Of a DNA stretch of 56,236 bases, positions 28,262-37,264 are shown piece after piece; within the stretch, counting starts at the first letter, position 1, and each line of letters opens with the position of its first letter. Origin of the DNA: Sedimentisphaerales bacterium (lineage in GTDB: Bacteria; Planctomycetota; Phycisphaerae; Sedimentisphaerales; SM23-30); assembly GCA_963663805.2 (NCBI GenBank), contig CAXXMR010000034.1, positions 1 to 56,236 of the forward strand. Direction: 5' to 3'. Made by a program: the position numbers and the translations under genes. Under the pieces are notes generated by a model. That model was not told the DNA's origin and made no database searches. It saw only the letters and a program-made list of their open reading frames with translations.

Positions 28262-29034
28262 AGCATGTGAATTTGGAGAAGGTTTCGATGGTTAAATTTT
28301 TACATAGCTTAGTTTTTATTATGATCGCGGCGATGGTTTCGGGTTGTGCGGTACAGGGGCCGGCTAACCCTGGACGTACCAGCCGTCGTGAAATCGAAGA
28401 CGCACCAGCTAATCGGGTTTTGGATAAGCCCAGTGTGCAGGATTTCCGGATTGCTTGTGACCAGATGGCCCGTGATATCGTTATGAGTAATCTGGTACAA
28501 CAGACCGACGGACCAGTGGTATTCGAGATTAAACCGATCGAAGATCTAACGGGACAGAATCTTGATTTGACAATCTATCCGCGGACAATTCGGGAAAAAC
28601 TCATGAATATGGGTGGCGGCCAGGTTGTCTTCCGTGATGAAACAGCTCGTGAGGAGGTTATTCAGGAACGAATCGAGCAGTCTGACGCAGTGGTAAATGT
28701 TACTCGTACTGAGAGTTCGACGATTTCGGCACGGCGGAACAGTAAAAACCAGAAGTTTTCCAAAGGTGGAGCGGGGATGGTCTTTGACGATGTGGATGAA
28801 AACCGCAAGGCGGACGAACAGCGCACGCAGCAGGTGAAGGTGACGGGCAGAATTGCTGATGTGGATTATTTCCTTAAGGGGTTCATTTACCTTCAGGATG
28901 AACGGACTTCTGGTGTTAAAAGGTACGGTTATCGGTACTATAGGTTCCAGTTTCGTCTTACAGACGCCCGCAGTGGGTTGATGGTCTGGGAGAAATCCTT
29001 TGAATTAAAGACGGCTGGCGATCTTTATGATTAA
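28258..29034 (+). CDS. LpoB-like lipoprotein
   Basis: Lipobox VSGC; QDFRIACDQMARDI, IEDLT, ADVDYFLKG, YYRFQFRLTDARSGLMVWE. Confidence 0.7.
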   Translation: MKHVNLEKVSMVKFLHSLVFIMIAAMVSGCAVQGPANPGRTSRREIEDAPANRVLDKPSVQDFRIACDQMARDIVMSNLVQQTDGPVVFEIKPIEDLTGQNLDLTIYPRTIREKLMNMGGGQVVFRDETAREEVIQERIEQSDAVVNVTRTESSTISARRNSKNQKFSKGGAGMVFDDVDENRKADEQRTQQVKVTGRIADVDYFLKGFIYLQDERTSGVKRYGYRYYRFQFRLTDARSGLMVWEKSFELKTAGDLYD

Positions 29035-29085
29035 AATGCCCTTATGCTTTGTGCCCAATAGAGTTTTGGAAAGCAGAGGACTTGT

Positions 29086-29607
29086 ATGACAGCAGTTGAG
29101 ACATATAAGTCCCCTCGGGCTATAATTATTGCCGGTCCCAATGGTTCGGGCAAGACTACTTTCGCCAGTGAATTCTTGGATTCTGAAGGGCGTTGCCCGG
29201 TTTTTATAAACGCAGACCTGATCGCTACCGGCATCTCGCCTTTCCGCCCCGAATCCATGGCAATTGAAGCTTCCCGTCTGATGCTCGAACACATTCGGCA
29301 GAGGGTCGCAAAGCGAATGGATTTTGCCGTAGAGACCACCCTGGCAGGCCGGGCTTACCTTCGCATGATCCGCGAATGGAGAAAAGTGGGCTATCAGGTC
29401 GAATTGATTTTCCTGCAACTACCTTCAGCCGTCGAACGCGTGAGGCATCGTGTTCTCCAAGGCGGGCACAATATTCCTGAGATGGATATTCGCCGTCGCT
29501 TTGATCGCGGGATCGATAACTTACACAAATACTACCGTTCTGCAGTCAACGCCTGGCAGGTATTTGATGCCAGTCAATGGCCCCCCATCCTTATTGACGA
29601 AGGTTGA
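29086..29607 (+). CDS. Zeta-toxin-like P-loop ATPase/kinase
   Basis: IIAGPNGSGKTT, FINADLIA, FAVETTL, RVLQGGHNIPE. Confidence 0.88.
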   Translation: MTAVETYKSPRAIIIAGPNGSGKTTFASEFLDSEGRCPVFINADLIATGISPFRPESMAIEASRLMLEHIRQRVAKRMDFAVETTLAGRAYLRMIREWRKVGYQVELIFLQLPSAVERVRHRVLQGGHNIPEMDIRRRFDRGIDNLHKYYRSAVNAWQVFDASQWPPILIDEG

Positions 29608-29611
29608 ATCC

Positions 29612-29812
29612 ATGATCCAACAATACGACAATTACCCCGATTTGGAAGGCAGTCGCACGGCCATGATCCGTGCTGCTCGCAATGCTGCCGAACTGGCTAA
29701 ACGATTCCATCAGCCTTTGCTGCTGTGGCGCGATGGTCAAGTGGTTCGAGTTATGCCAGATGATTTGCCGGATCTGCCGGCACAGACCCCGGACCGCACT
29801 GAACAGTTATGA
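29612..29812 (+). CDS. Small partner protein of the zeta-toxin-like gene
   Basis: 66 aa starting 4 bp after the ATPase; AMIRAA..A...QPLLLWRDGQVV. Confidence 0.65.
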   Translation: MIQQYDNYPDLEGSRTAMIRAARNAAELAKRFHQPLLLWRDGQVVRVMPDDLPDLPAQTPDRTEQL

Positions 29813-30207
29813 TCTTTCTTTTTGCCTTGAGTCTGTATGTAAAGATCGTGACAAATGAAGTGAACGGATTGGAGTATTACGTCTGATGAGCCAAGGCGTT
29901 ACTAAACCGATCTGCTACGCCATCTATACCCGCCAATCTCAAAAAGGGCTTGCTGATTTTTCATCCTGCAATGCTCAGTTTAATACATGTAAAGATTTTG
30001 CCAGGGAATCCGGAGGGCCAAACAATCTATGGATTGGGCGGCATTTTGATGATGAAGGATATTCAGGATCGACGCTTGAGTGGTGATTAGTATTGAAAAT
30101 GGAGCCAGATTTGCATCGAAATCTGAGCCACTTAGGTTAGTAAAATAACGCCGATTTCGGCGTTGTCAATAGGGATTCTGGTCCTTTTTCGTTGGATTGA
30201 GGCTTTC

Positions 30208-30972
30208 TTAGCCTTCTTTTTTCCGTTTTTTCTCTAAACTCTGGTTAAGTCGCCAGCTGTCGGTTATGATTTCGACCACGCTCACATGGTGGGTCAGTCG
30301 GTCCAGCAGAGCACCGGCTAATCTTTCATCATCGCCAAAGACCTGGGGCCAATCGGCGAATGGCAGATTCGTTGTTACGATCAGGCTGGTTTGTTCATAG
30401 CACTGGCTGAAAAAGCCGAACAGATGTTCCGCTCCGATACGGTCGAACGGGACATAGCCCAGTTCATCGATGATGATCAGGTCGCATTTTTTTATATAGC
30501 TCTCTAATTTCAACACCGCTCTTTCCTGTCGGGCTTCGAGATACGTATTAACCAGTTCAGCAGCGGTAAAGAACCGCACTTTATAACCTCGTCGGCAGGC
30601 TTCCCGGCCGAGGGCGATGGCCAGATGACTTTTACCCACGCCCGGCGGGCCGGTAAAGACGATATTACTGCGGCGGTCGATAAAGCCGCACATCGAAAGG
30701 TCGATAATCTGTTTTTTATTTATCTGCGGCACGGCCATAAAATCAAAACTTTCAAGTTCCTTAGTCATGGGGAAGTTTGCCTGTTTCAATCTCCTGGCGA
30801 TGGCCTGCGACTGTCGATGAAAGACTTCGATTTCGGCCAGTCTTTGCAGGTAACTTTCATAGGATTCGTTTGCCTGGGCGGATGCCCGGGCAATTGTCTG
30901 ATACTCTTTTTGAATTGTCGGAAGCTTCAGGGTCTTGAGATAGCTTTTTAATAAAACCATTGGATCTTTCAT
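30208..30972 (-). CDS. istB: IS21 helper ATPase
   Basis: GPPGVGKSHLA, LIIIDELGY, TTNLPF, ALLDRLTHH. Confidence 0.96.
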   Translation of the reverse strand: MKDPMVLLKSYLKTLKLPTIQKEYQTIARASAQANESYESYLQRLAEIEVFHRQSQAIARRLKQANFPMTKELESFDFMAVPQINKKQIIDLSMCGFIDRRSNIVFTGPPGVGKSHLAIALGREACRRGYKVRFFTAAELVNTYLEARQERAVLKLESYIKKCDLIIIDELGYVPFDRIGAEHLFGFFSQCYEQTSLIVTTNLPFADWPQVFGDDERLAGALLDRLTHHVSVVEIITDSWRLNQSLEKKRKKEG

Positions 30973-32456
30973 GCTACCTCCCCGGCCAACTGGTTATAAA
31001 CATCGAGATTGCGTTTGCCATCGCCTTGGTTTACCAGGACTTGATTGCCGGCAAGGTTCAATTGTGAGCCGTTACGTAAAAAGCTTTCCACCGCTTCATC
31101 GCTGAACGCCCGGCACTTGACACAAACACCAACGGCATGTTCAACTTCTTTTTGCGGATGCCTGATAAAGAGCAGCAGGATGTTGATGTATTTACCGGTC
31201 CCTTCACTGCCGTATCGATATTCAAGCTCTGTTCGCATCAAGGTGAAATCTTCGCCCCAGGGCTGGCCCTTGAATGGCCGAGCATTATCCAGCGAACCGG
31301 GCTTACGCTCTAAAAGTTTGATATAATGCAGCGGATCCAGGATATACTGGTCTTTATCGTAACATCTGGAATGCGAGGCAACCAGCTCATTTTTATAGAA
31401 CAGGTCAACCCGGTCAACGAATACCTTGACCTGGCAAGATTGATAGGCATACTCCGTCGGCACCCAATACCGGTTAGTATCAACCCGTACTGTAAGCTGT
31501 TTGTCCGCAAAGGTGGATATTCGACGACAGGCTTCAAACTTCTGCTCAGGCAGTTCGTATAAATGTGTTTTCTCTTCCGCAAATAAATCGCCAATGGTTT
31601 TATTCGTATGAGGTGCAGGGCCCTGGCGATCCAGTTCTTTGATACACTGAGCAATCAGCATCTCATTCAGCTGAGCCATATCGGTAACTCTCGGAACCGG
31701 AGAGAAGAACTGCCTTTCACTTCGCTTGGCGAGATTCTCGACATCGCCTTTTTCATTACCTTTAGCGACATTGCAAAAACGAGTGTCAAACAAATACCAA
31801 CTCTTAAGCTCTACGAATTTGCGGTTGAGCCGACGCTTGCCTTTTTTGAGAACCTTTAGAACCGCAGTTTTTAAATTGTCGTAAGCAATGCGTTTGGGCA
31901 CGCCGCCGAAATATTCAAACGCCCGGACATGGCCGTCAAGAAAACATTCGATCTTCATGCTCTCGTAAGCACAAACAAAAGGAGCCTTAGAACAGCACAG
32001 CTTCATGCAAAAAACGTAGACCTTCTTCTCCCTGCCGTTTTCTTTAATGTTAGCTTCATGCCAGTCAACCTGGGCTTCTTCGCCAAACTCAAACGCTAAC
32101 GGCAGGTAAGCTTCTTTTTGGCGATTACTCGCCTCCTTGATATACCGCTGGACAGTGCTGTAATGGCCGGTGAAACCATACTCGTCACAAAGCCGCTGAT
32201 ACATTTTGGTCGCCTGCATCCGCTGCTTACGCCGAACCTTTTTGTCAGATTCCAGCCAGGTGTCAATAATGTGCGCGAAGGGATCCATGACAGCCTTGAC
32301 CCGCGGCTGACTGAGCCGATAGCCCGGCGGAATCGGATTTTTCAGGGCCTTGGCCACCGTGTTACGCGAATGCCCCAGCTCCAGGGCAACCTCACGTTGC
32401 GATATCCCATCACGAACTTTACGTCTGATAATCTCATAATGCTCCACTGTAAGCAC
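30969..32456 (-). CDS. istA: IS21 transposase
   Basis: N-terminal HTH, EAQVDW, YDNLKTAV, EKGDVEN. Confidence 0.96.
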   Translation of the reverse strand: MLTVEHYEIIRRKVRDGISQREVALELGHSRNTVAKALKNPIPPGYRLSQPRVKAVMDPFAHIIDTWLESDKKVRRKQRMQATKMYQRLCDEYGFTGHYSTVQRYIKEASNRQKEAYLPLAFEFGEEAQVDWHEANIKENGREKKVYVFCMKLCCSKAPFVCAYESMKIECFLDGHVRAFEYFGGVPKRIAYDNLKTAVLKVLKKGKRRLNRKFVELKSWYLFDTRFCNVAKGNEKGDVENLAKRSERQFFSPVPRVTDMAQLNEMLIAQCIKELDRQGPAPHTNKTIGDLFAEEKTHLYELPEQKFEACRRISTFADKQLTVRVDTNRYWVPTEYAYQSCQVKVFVDRVDLFYKNELVASHSRCYDKDQYILDPLHYIKLLERKPGSLDNARPFKGQPWGEDFTLMRTELEYRYGSEGTGKYINILLLFIRHPQKEVEHAVGVCVKCRAFSDEAVESFLRNGSQLNLAGNQVLVNQGDGKRNLDVYNQLAGEVA

Positions 32457-32962
32457 CTTTCTAAGCCTCCTGTGTCTAAAATGTTACGTATCTTAAACAC
32501 ATCTTATCGGCCTTTTACAGTGGCTCCTTTTTCGATGCTTTTTCAGAAGAGAAAACCCGCAAATCTGGCTCCATTTTTAATGCTAATCACCAAAATATGC
32601 ATGACGCAATTTTGCTTATGGATGAACTTGATCGTGCAGGTGTGGAATTATGTTTTGTTCATCAGCCAGAATTGACATCAGCTTCTCAGAGTCGATTTCT
32701 GCGTTTCATGCTCGCAGCCTTTGCTGATTTTGAACGTGAGATAATTGCGGCGCGGATTGCCGAAACCCGTGTTTATCTCAAACAGCACGGCCAACGGCTG
32801 GCTGGCAGGGTGCCGTTTGGATATGATGCTGATCCAATTTCAAAACAACTGAGCCGAAATAATATTGAAGCCCGCCGTGTGCGAGCGATATTCCGTCGTG
32901 CCGCCAGGGGCGAACTTCCAAGCGAGATATCACGTCGAGTTAACCATCTGGGTTGGCGTACT

Positions 32963-33226
32963 CAGTTTCGACAGTCTCAGCAAAACAAAAACCACCGCCT
33001 CTTCACCCTGAGCAAAAATAGCTTTGGCCTGTTCCGCAGTCAATTCCTGCTCTAAGGCCAGGTCGGCGATAGTCTGTTCAGCATTCGGCTTCATCATGCT
33101 GATACTATAACCATTACGCGCAATAGCGAAAATTACCTATCTCAACATTTCAAAGTTTTTTTGTCTTTTTTTTGCACAAGCCAACCCGAAAGTTATAGAA
33201 TTTGCTTCACTTGGCTAAAATATTAC
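32963..33226 (-). mobile_element. IS66 left-end fragment (264 bp), inverted copy of 22580-22844
   Basis: Reverse complement begins GTAATATTTTAGCCAAGTGAAGC and follows the first copy closely to ...GTCGAAACTG. Confidence 0.92.
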
Positions 33227-33388
33227 GCTGGAACCTTACGGTCTATCGGAACACTAATCGGTTTGACTTTGCCTTGCGGTTGATTTGACAGGCCGCTCTA
33301 ACGAATCCCCCTTATCTGCTTCAGGCTTTGGAATTGATTTGCATAACACGCTCATTAGCAGTTAGTTACAAAAACAACTTTATGTATA

Positions 33389-33417
33389 TTGACTTCAAGG
33401 CCGCTCAGTGCTAGTCT
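33389..33417 (+). promoter_or_regulatory. Sigma70-like promoter of the cupin-kinase-dehydrogenase operon
   Basis: TTGACT, 17 bp, TAGTCT. Confidence 0.5.
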
Positions 33418-33460
33418 TTGCTTATGACATGGTTTTTTGGCATAAGGAAGTAGGTGTAAA

Positions 33461-34411
33461 ATGAAAAAAAACGTCATACAGCGGATGTTGTCTATCCATA
33501 GCCAATCTACTAGTACAGAACAGGACTATTGGAACTTTCTGCAACAGGCCCACAAGCTCTTACTGGAGTGCGGCCAATATTTTTGTGATTCAGAAGACAT
33601 TAACTGCCTTGAACTGGCGCATCTGATACCGGCAGTGCCAGCGACCATGCTGGCTGCTTATGTGGGTATAAATGACGCAGTTTGTAATAAAGGGCTGGTT
33701 ACTCCCCTACTGCCTCAGCACGGGCACAATAACGTATTTGTTTTTGACAACGAGGTTTACGGCGGCAATCAGGACGTGCCGGCTGGCACCGCCGATGCCA
33801 AAGCCATCCTGCCCGGCTTCCAGCCGCCTAACGAAACCTGGCCTGATGAATGGACCTATGTGATGATAGAGGACCCCCAAAGAGACTACGAAAGTCTCTG
33901 GCGAGAAAAAGGCTATATCGACATGATTCCGGGCAAATTCGAGGATTTCACAATGCTGACCGACACCAGTCTGAGCAGGGTCTGTGCCTTTGTATCGCCC
34001 AAGGCGTTTGAGCATCCGGTGAATAAGAGCCGCCAATACCTCCAGGCCGCCCGCGAACGCGGTGAGAAAATGGCAGGTGAATTCCAAATGCCCAAACTAA
34101 TCAAAGATGAATTCACCGGCCTGGAACCGGTCATACTCAATCAAGGTGAAAAACTATATGTCGCTACCACCGACTTCGGCCCGTGTGCCCACGGCTGGTG
34201 CAATATTCATCCGGACAATCAGCAATATGCCGTGGTAAATGAAAATTCCGCGGTGCCGCTCGATTTGGTAATCGCCAAGCCGCCGGTCGCTGAAAAATAC
34301 GCATGCGGCCTGATACCGGCCAAGGGCAGTGCCGACCTCACTACCGACTGGTTCAAACGTACCGAACTTATGTCACGCGCCCCGCTGCTGCACGGCCTCT
34401 TTAAAGGATAA
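33461..34411 (+). CDS. Divergent cupin, D-lyxose/D-mannose isomerase-like
   Basis: PQHGH...DEWT...VILNQGEKLYV...HGW...AVVNENS mirrors the PxHxH/E/LxPG/HWF/AVVxExS pattern of D-lyxose isomerases, with long insertions. Confidence 0.5.
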   Translation: MKKNVIQRMLSIHSQSTSTEQDYWNFLQQAHKLLLECGQYFCDSEDINCLELAHLIPAVPATMLAAYVGINDAVCNKGLVTPLLPQHGHNNVFVFDNEVYGGNQDVPAGTADAKAILPGFQPPNETWPDEWTYVMIEDPQRDYESLWREKGYIDMIPGKFEDFTMLTDTSLSRVCAFVSPKAFEHPVNKSRQYLQAARERGEKMAGEFQMPKLIKDEFTGLEPVILNQGEKLYVATTDFGPCAHGWCNIHPDNQQYAVVNENSAVPLDLVIAKPPVAEKYACGLIPAKGSADLTTDWFKRTELMSRAPLLHGLFKG

Positions 34412-34415
34412 TATC

Positions 34416-35618
34416 ATGGCAAAGGAAAAAGTAATGGTCGCCGGCCATATCTGTCTGGATATAACGCCGGTCTTCCCCGACAAGATGACCGGTTCATTCG
34501 CTGACATCCTGGCCCCGGGCAAATTAGTCAACGTCGATAACGCCGTACTCGGCACCGGCGGAGCGGTATCCAACACCGGCGGCACTATGCTCAAACTTGG
34601 ACTTGATGCTATACTTAACGGCAAAGTCGGCAAAGACAGCTTTGGCGAACTCATCAAAAGTATCGTCGGCGCGGAAAACACAAAATCATTCCGCGAAGTC
34701 GCAGGTCAAAGCAGCTCATACAGTGTCGTCCTGGCCCTGCCGGGCATCGACCGGGTATTCCTGCATCACACCGGCACCAACGACACTTTCACCAGTGACG
34801 ATATTGACTACGAAACCCTCAAAGAATGCTGCCTGTTCCATTTTGGCTATCCTACCCTGATGCGGCAAATGTTCCTGAACAAGGGACATGAACTCATCGA
34901 AATGTATCGCCGGGCCAAAGAATGTTCGGTTATCACCAGCCTTGATATGACCGTACCGGACCCGGTGAGTGAATCGGGGCAGGTTGATTGGCGTGAGATT
35001 CTGGTAAAAACGTTGCCCTATGTGGATGTTTTTCTGCCCAGCGTCGAGGAAATCGCGTATATGCTCAACCGCGACCTGTTCGAGCAGCGAAAAAAACAGG
35101 CTGACGGTAATGACCCGGTATTAGCCTATGCCGCCGACGATTTCGCTTTACTGGCAGGCGAACTGATAGGGATGGGTGTCAAGATCGCCGCTATCAAGGC
35201 CGGTATAAACGGTTATTATCTTCAAACCGCGTCGGCGAATAAATGGGACACTCTTGGTAAACAAATCGACCTAAACCAATGGTCACAACGTCAATTATGG
35301 GCTCCGTCCTATCATATCGAACAGGTCGCCTCGGCTACCGGTGCTGGCGATGCCACTATCGCCGGATTCCTCACCGCTATCATCCGCGACCTGGAACCCA
35401 TCCGGGCCCTGAAAGCCGCAAACTGCCTCGGCTGGCAAAATGTTAGAGAATTTGACAGTCTCAGCGGTATCGAAGACTGGCAGGCGACACTCGATTATAT
35501 CGATCAGCCCGACAAACCCGTCAACCCCCTGGCCCAAATCGACGCACAATGGCAATATAGCAAAGAAAACAAAATTTATTTCGGTCCTCTGGACTCAATC
35601 TTAACCAAAGCGAAGTAG
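34416..35618 (+). CDS. PfkB-family carbohydrate kinase
   Basis: GGAVSNT, GKVGKDSFG, SATGAGDATIAGF signature; ATG at 34416. Confidence 0.92.
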   Translation: MAKEKVMVAGHICLDITPVFPDKMTGSFADILAPGKLVNVDNAVLGTGGAVSNTGGTMLKLGLDAILNGKVGKDSFGELIKSIVGAENTKSFREVAGQSSSYSVVLALPGIDRVFLHHTGTNDTFTSDDIDYETLKECCLFHFGYPTLMRQMFLNKGHELIEMYRRAKECSVITSLDMTVPDPVSESGQVDWREILVKTLPYVDVFLPSVEEIAYMLNRDLFEQRKKQADGNDPVLAYAADDFALLAGELIGMGVKIAAIKAGINGYYLQTASANKWDTLGKQIDLNQWSQRQLWAPSYHIEQVASATGAGDATIAGFLTAIIRDLEPIRALKAANCLGWQNVREFDSLSGIEDWQATLDYIDQPDKPVNPLAQIDAQWQYSKENKIYFGPLDSILTKAK

Positions 35619-35648
35619 GAGTACTCGCGAAAGTAACAGGAAGTAAAA

Positions 35649-36872
35649 ATGGCTAATCATATATTGGTTGGATTTGGCTTTGGCCCTATCCAGAGCGGGC
35701 TTTTTGTCGCTGAAGCGTTCAAAAGTGGTAATTTCTCACGTATCGTCATCGCCGAAGTTGACCAGTCGCTGGTCGATGCAGTCCGCGACCATAACGGAAC
35801 CTATTATGTCAACGTCGCCGGGGCCGATGGTATCGTAACAGAACAAATCGACGGTATCGAAATCTATAATCCCAACGTTGAATCAGATCGCGCTAAACTT
35901 ATCGATGCTCTTGCTGAGGCCACCGAAATAGTTACCTCACTGCCGTCCGTAAAATTTTACGATATGGGCGAAAACAGTGTCGCTAAACTAATCAGTGCCG
36001 GTCTGAAAAACACACGAGCAAACGGCACAATTATCTACACCGCAGAAAACAACAACCACGCCGCGGAAATCCTCTCACAAATCGTTAATCCGACCGATTC
36101 TAACGTCCAGTTTCTCAATACCGTAATTGGAAAAATGAGTCAGGTGGCGACCGATGAGCAAATTATCAAACAAAAAAAGCTCAAGACCATCGTACCGGGG
36201 TTAAACCGGGCGTTTTTGGTTGAGCAATTCAATCGTATTCTGGTAACGCGTACCACACTGACAAATTTCCAACCCGGTATCGAATGTTTCCTCGAAAAAG
36301 ACGACCTGCTGCCATTCGAGGAAGCCAAACTTTACGGCCATAACGCCATCCACGCTCTACTGGCATTTCTCGGACTGCAAAAAGGCTACGAAACCATGGA
36401 CCAGCTGGCAGACGACCAGGAACTTATGACGATCGCCCGAAATGCGTTCATCAATGAATCCGGCGGCGCCCTGCTGCAAAAATACGCAAAACTTGATGAT
36501 GAATTATTCACTGAAAAAGGCTACAAGGCCTATGCCGAAGACCTGCTAACCCGAATGACCTGCCCCCATCTGACGGACTCGGTAGGCCGGGCGGCCCGCG
36601 ACCCACAGCGAAAACTCGGATTCAACGACCGAATTTTTGGCACTATACGGCTGGCTCTGGAATATGGCATTGAGCCGGTCAATATGGCAAAAGGGGCACG
36701 GGCGGGACTGGTGACTTTGCTGAGCGATAACGACTCGACTCCCACAGACTTACAACTACCGCTGGATTCAATGGACCCACCACTGTTAAACAAATTGCTA
36801 GACTGGCTCTGGCAAGGTCAGCAGGACGAATATTCTAAAAAAATAGTCAAACTTATCCACAAAAAATCATAA
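35649..36872 (+). CDS. Mannitol-1-phosphate 5-dehydrogenase-family protein
   Basis: GFGFGPIQSG, TAENN, KLYGHNAIHA, RAARDPQRKLGFNDRI. Confidence 0.85.
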   Translation: MANHILVGFGFGPIQSGLFVAEAFKSGNFSRIVIAEVDQSLVDAVRDHNGTYYVNVAGADGIVTEQIDGIEIYNPNVESDRAKLIDALAEATEIVTSLPSVKFYDMGENSVAKLISAGLKNTRANGTIIYTAENNNHAAEILSQIVNPTDSNVQFLNTVIGKMSQVATDEQIIKQKKLKTIVPGLNRAFLVEQFNRILVTRTTLTNFQPGIECFLEKDDLLPFEEAKLYGHNAIHALLAFLGLQKGYETMDQLADDQELMTIARNAFINESGGALLQKYAKLDDELFTEKGYKAYAEDLLTRMTCPHLTDSVGRAARDPQRKLGFNDRIFGTIRLALEYGIEPVNMAKGARAGLVTLLSDNDSTPTDLQLPLDSMDPPLLNKLLDWLWQGQQDEYSKKIVKLIHKKS

Positions 36873-36971
36873 CGTCATTAATAACAAGTAGTTAAAGCTA
36901 ACAATGACCGTTTCAGCCTTGTCGTCTTTTCTACCAATTTAATTTTTATGCGACAAAGAGAAATTATCGGG

Positions 36972-36993
36972 TATAATGTTAAGCGCGCCTAAC
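36972..36993 (+). promoter_or_regulatory. feoAB -10 box with adjacent DtxR/IdeR-like palindrome
   Basis: TATAAT (36972-36977) followed by GTTAAGCG|CGCCTAAC (7/8 symmetric). Confidence 0.55.
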
Positions 36994-37015
36994 TTTTGTG
37001 GTTTTGGAGTATAAT

Positions 37016-37264
37016 ATGGCCGACGAAAAAGATTTATCTCAGTTAGCACCGGGCGGACAAGCCAGAATCACCCGTATTAACGGGAGTAGTCCATTCAAAA
37101 AACGCCTGATGGAGATGGGGCTGATTCGCGGAGAACTCATTATAAAGGTGAAACTCGCCCCCCTGGCAGACCCGGCTGAATATATCGTCAAAGGCTACCA
37201 TATCAGTCTCCGCGGCGAAGAAGCCCGTGATGTAATAATACAGGATTTGGACAGTAAATCATGA
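37016..37264 (+). CDS. feoA: Ferrous iron transport protein A
   Basis: KRLMEMGL..G, APLADP, ISLRGEEA; GGAG upstream of ATG 37016. Confidence 0.95.
   Translation: MADEKDLSQLAPGGQARITRINGSSPFKKRLMEMGLIRGELIIKVKLAPLADPAEYIVKGYHISLRGEEARDVIIQDLDSKS

Larger units (their letters stand above)
30081..32592 (-). mobile_element. IS21-family insertion sequence, 2512 bp
   Basis: TG...CA ends; 34-bp IRs matching 32/34 plus inner secondary repeats; no TSD. Confidence 0.95.
29886..32962 (+). pseudogene. Large serine recombinase, broken by IS21 and truncated by an IS66 end
   Basis: 29886-30080: AIYTRQS (catalytic Ser)...DDEGYSGSTLE; 32594-32962: NMHDA...MLAAFADFEREII...GRVPFGY. Confidence 0.88.
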
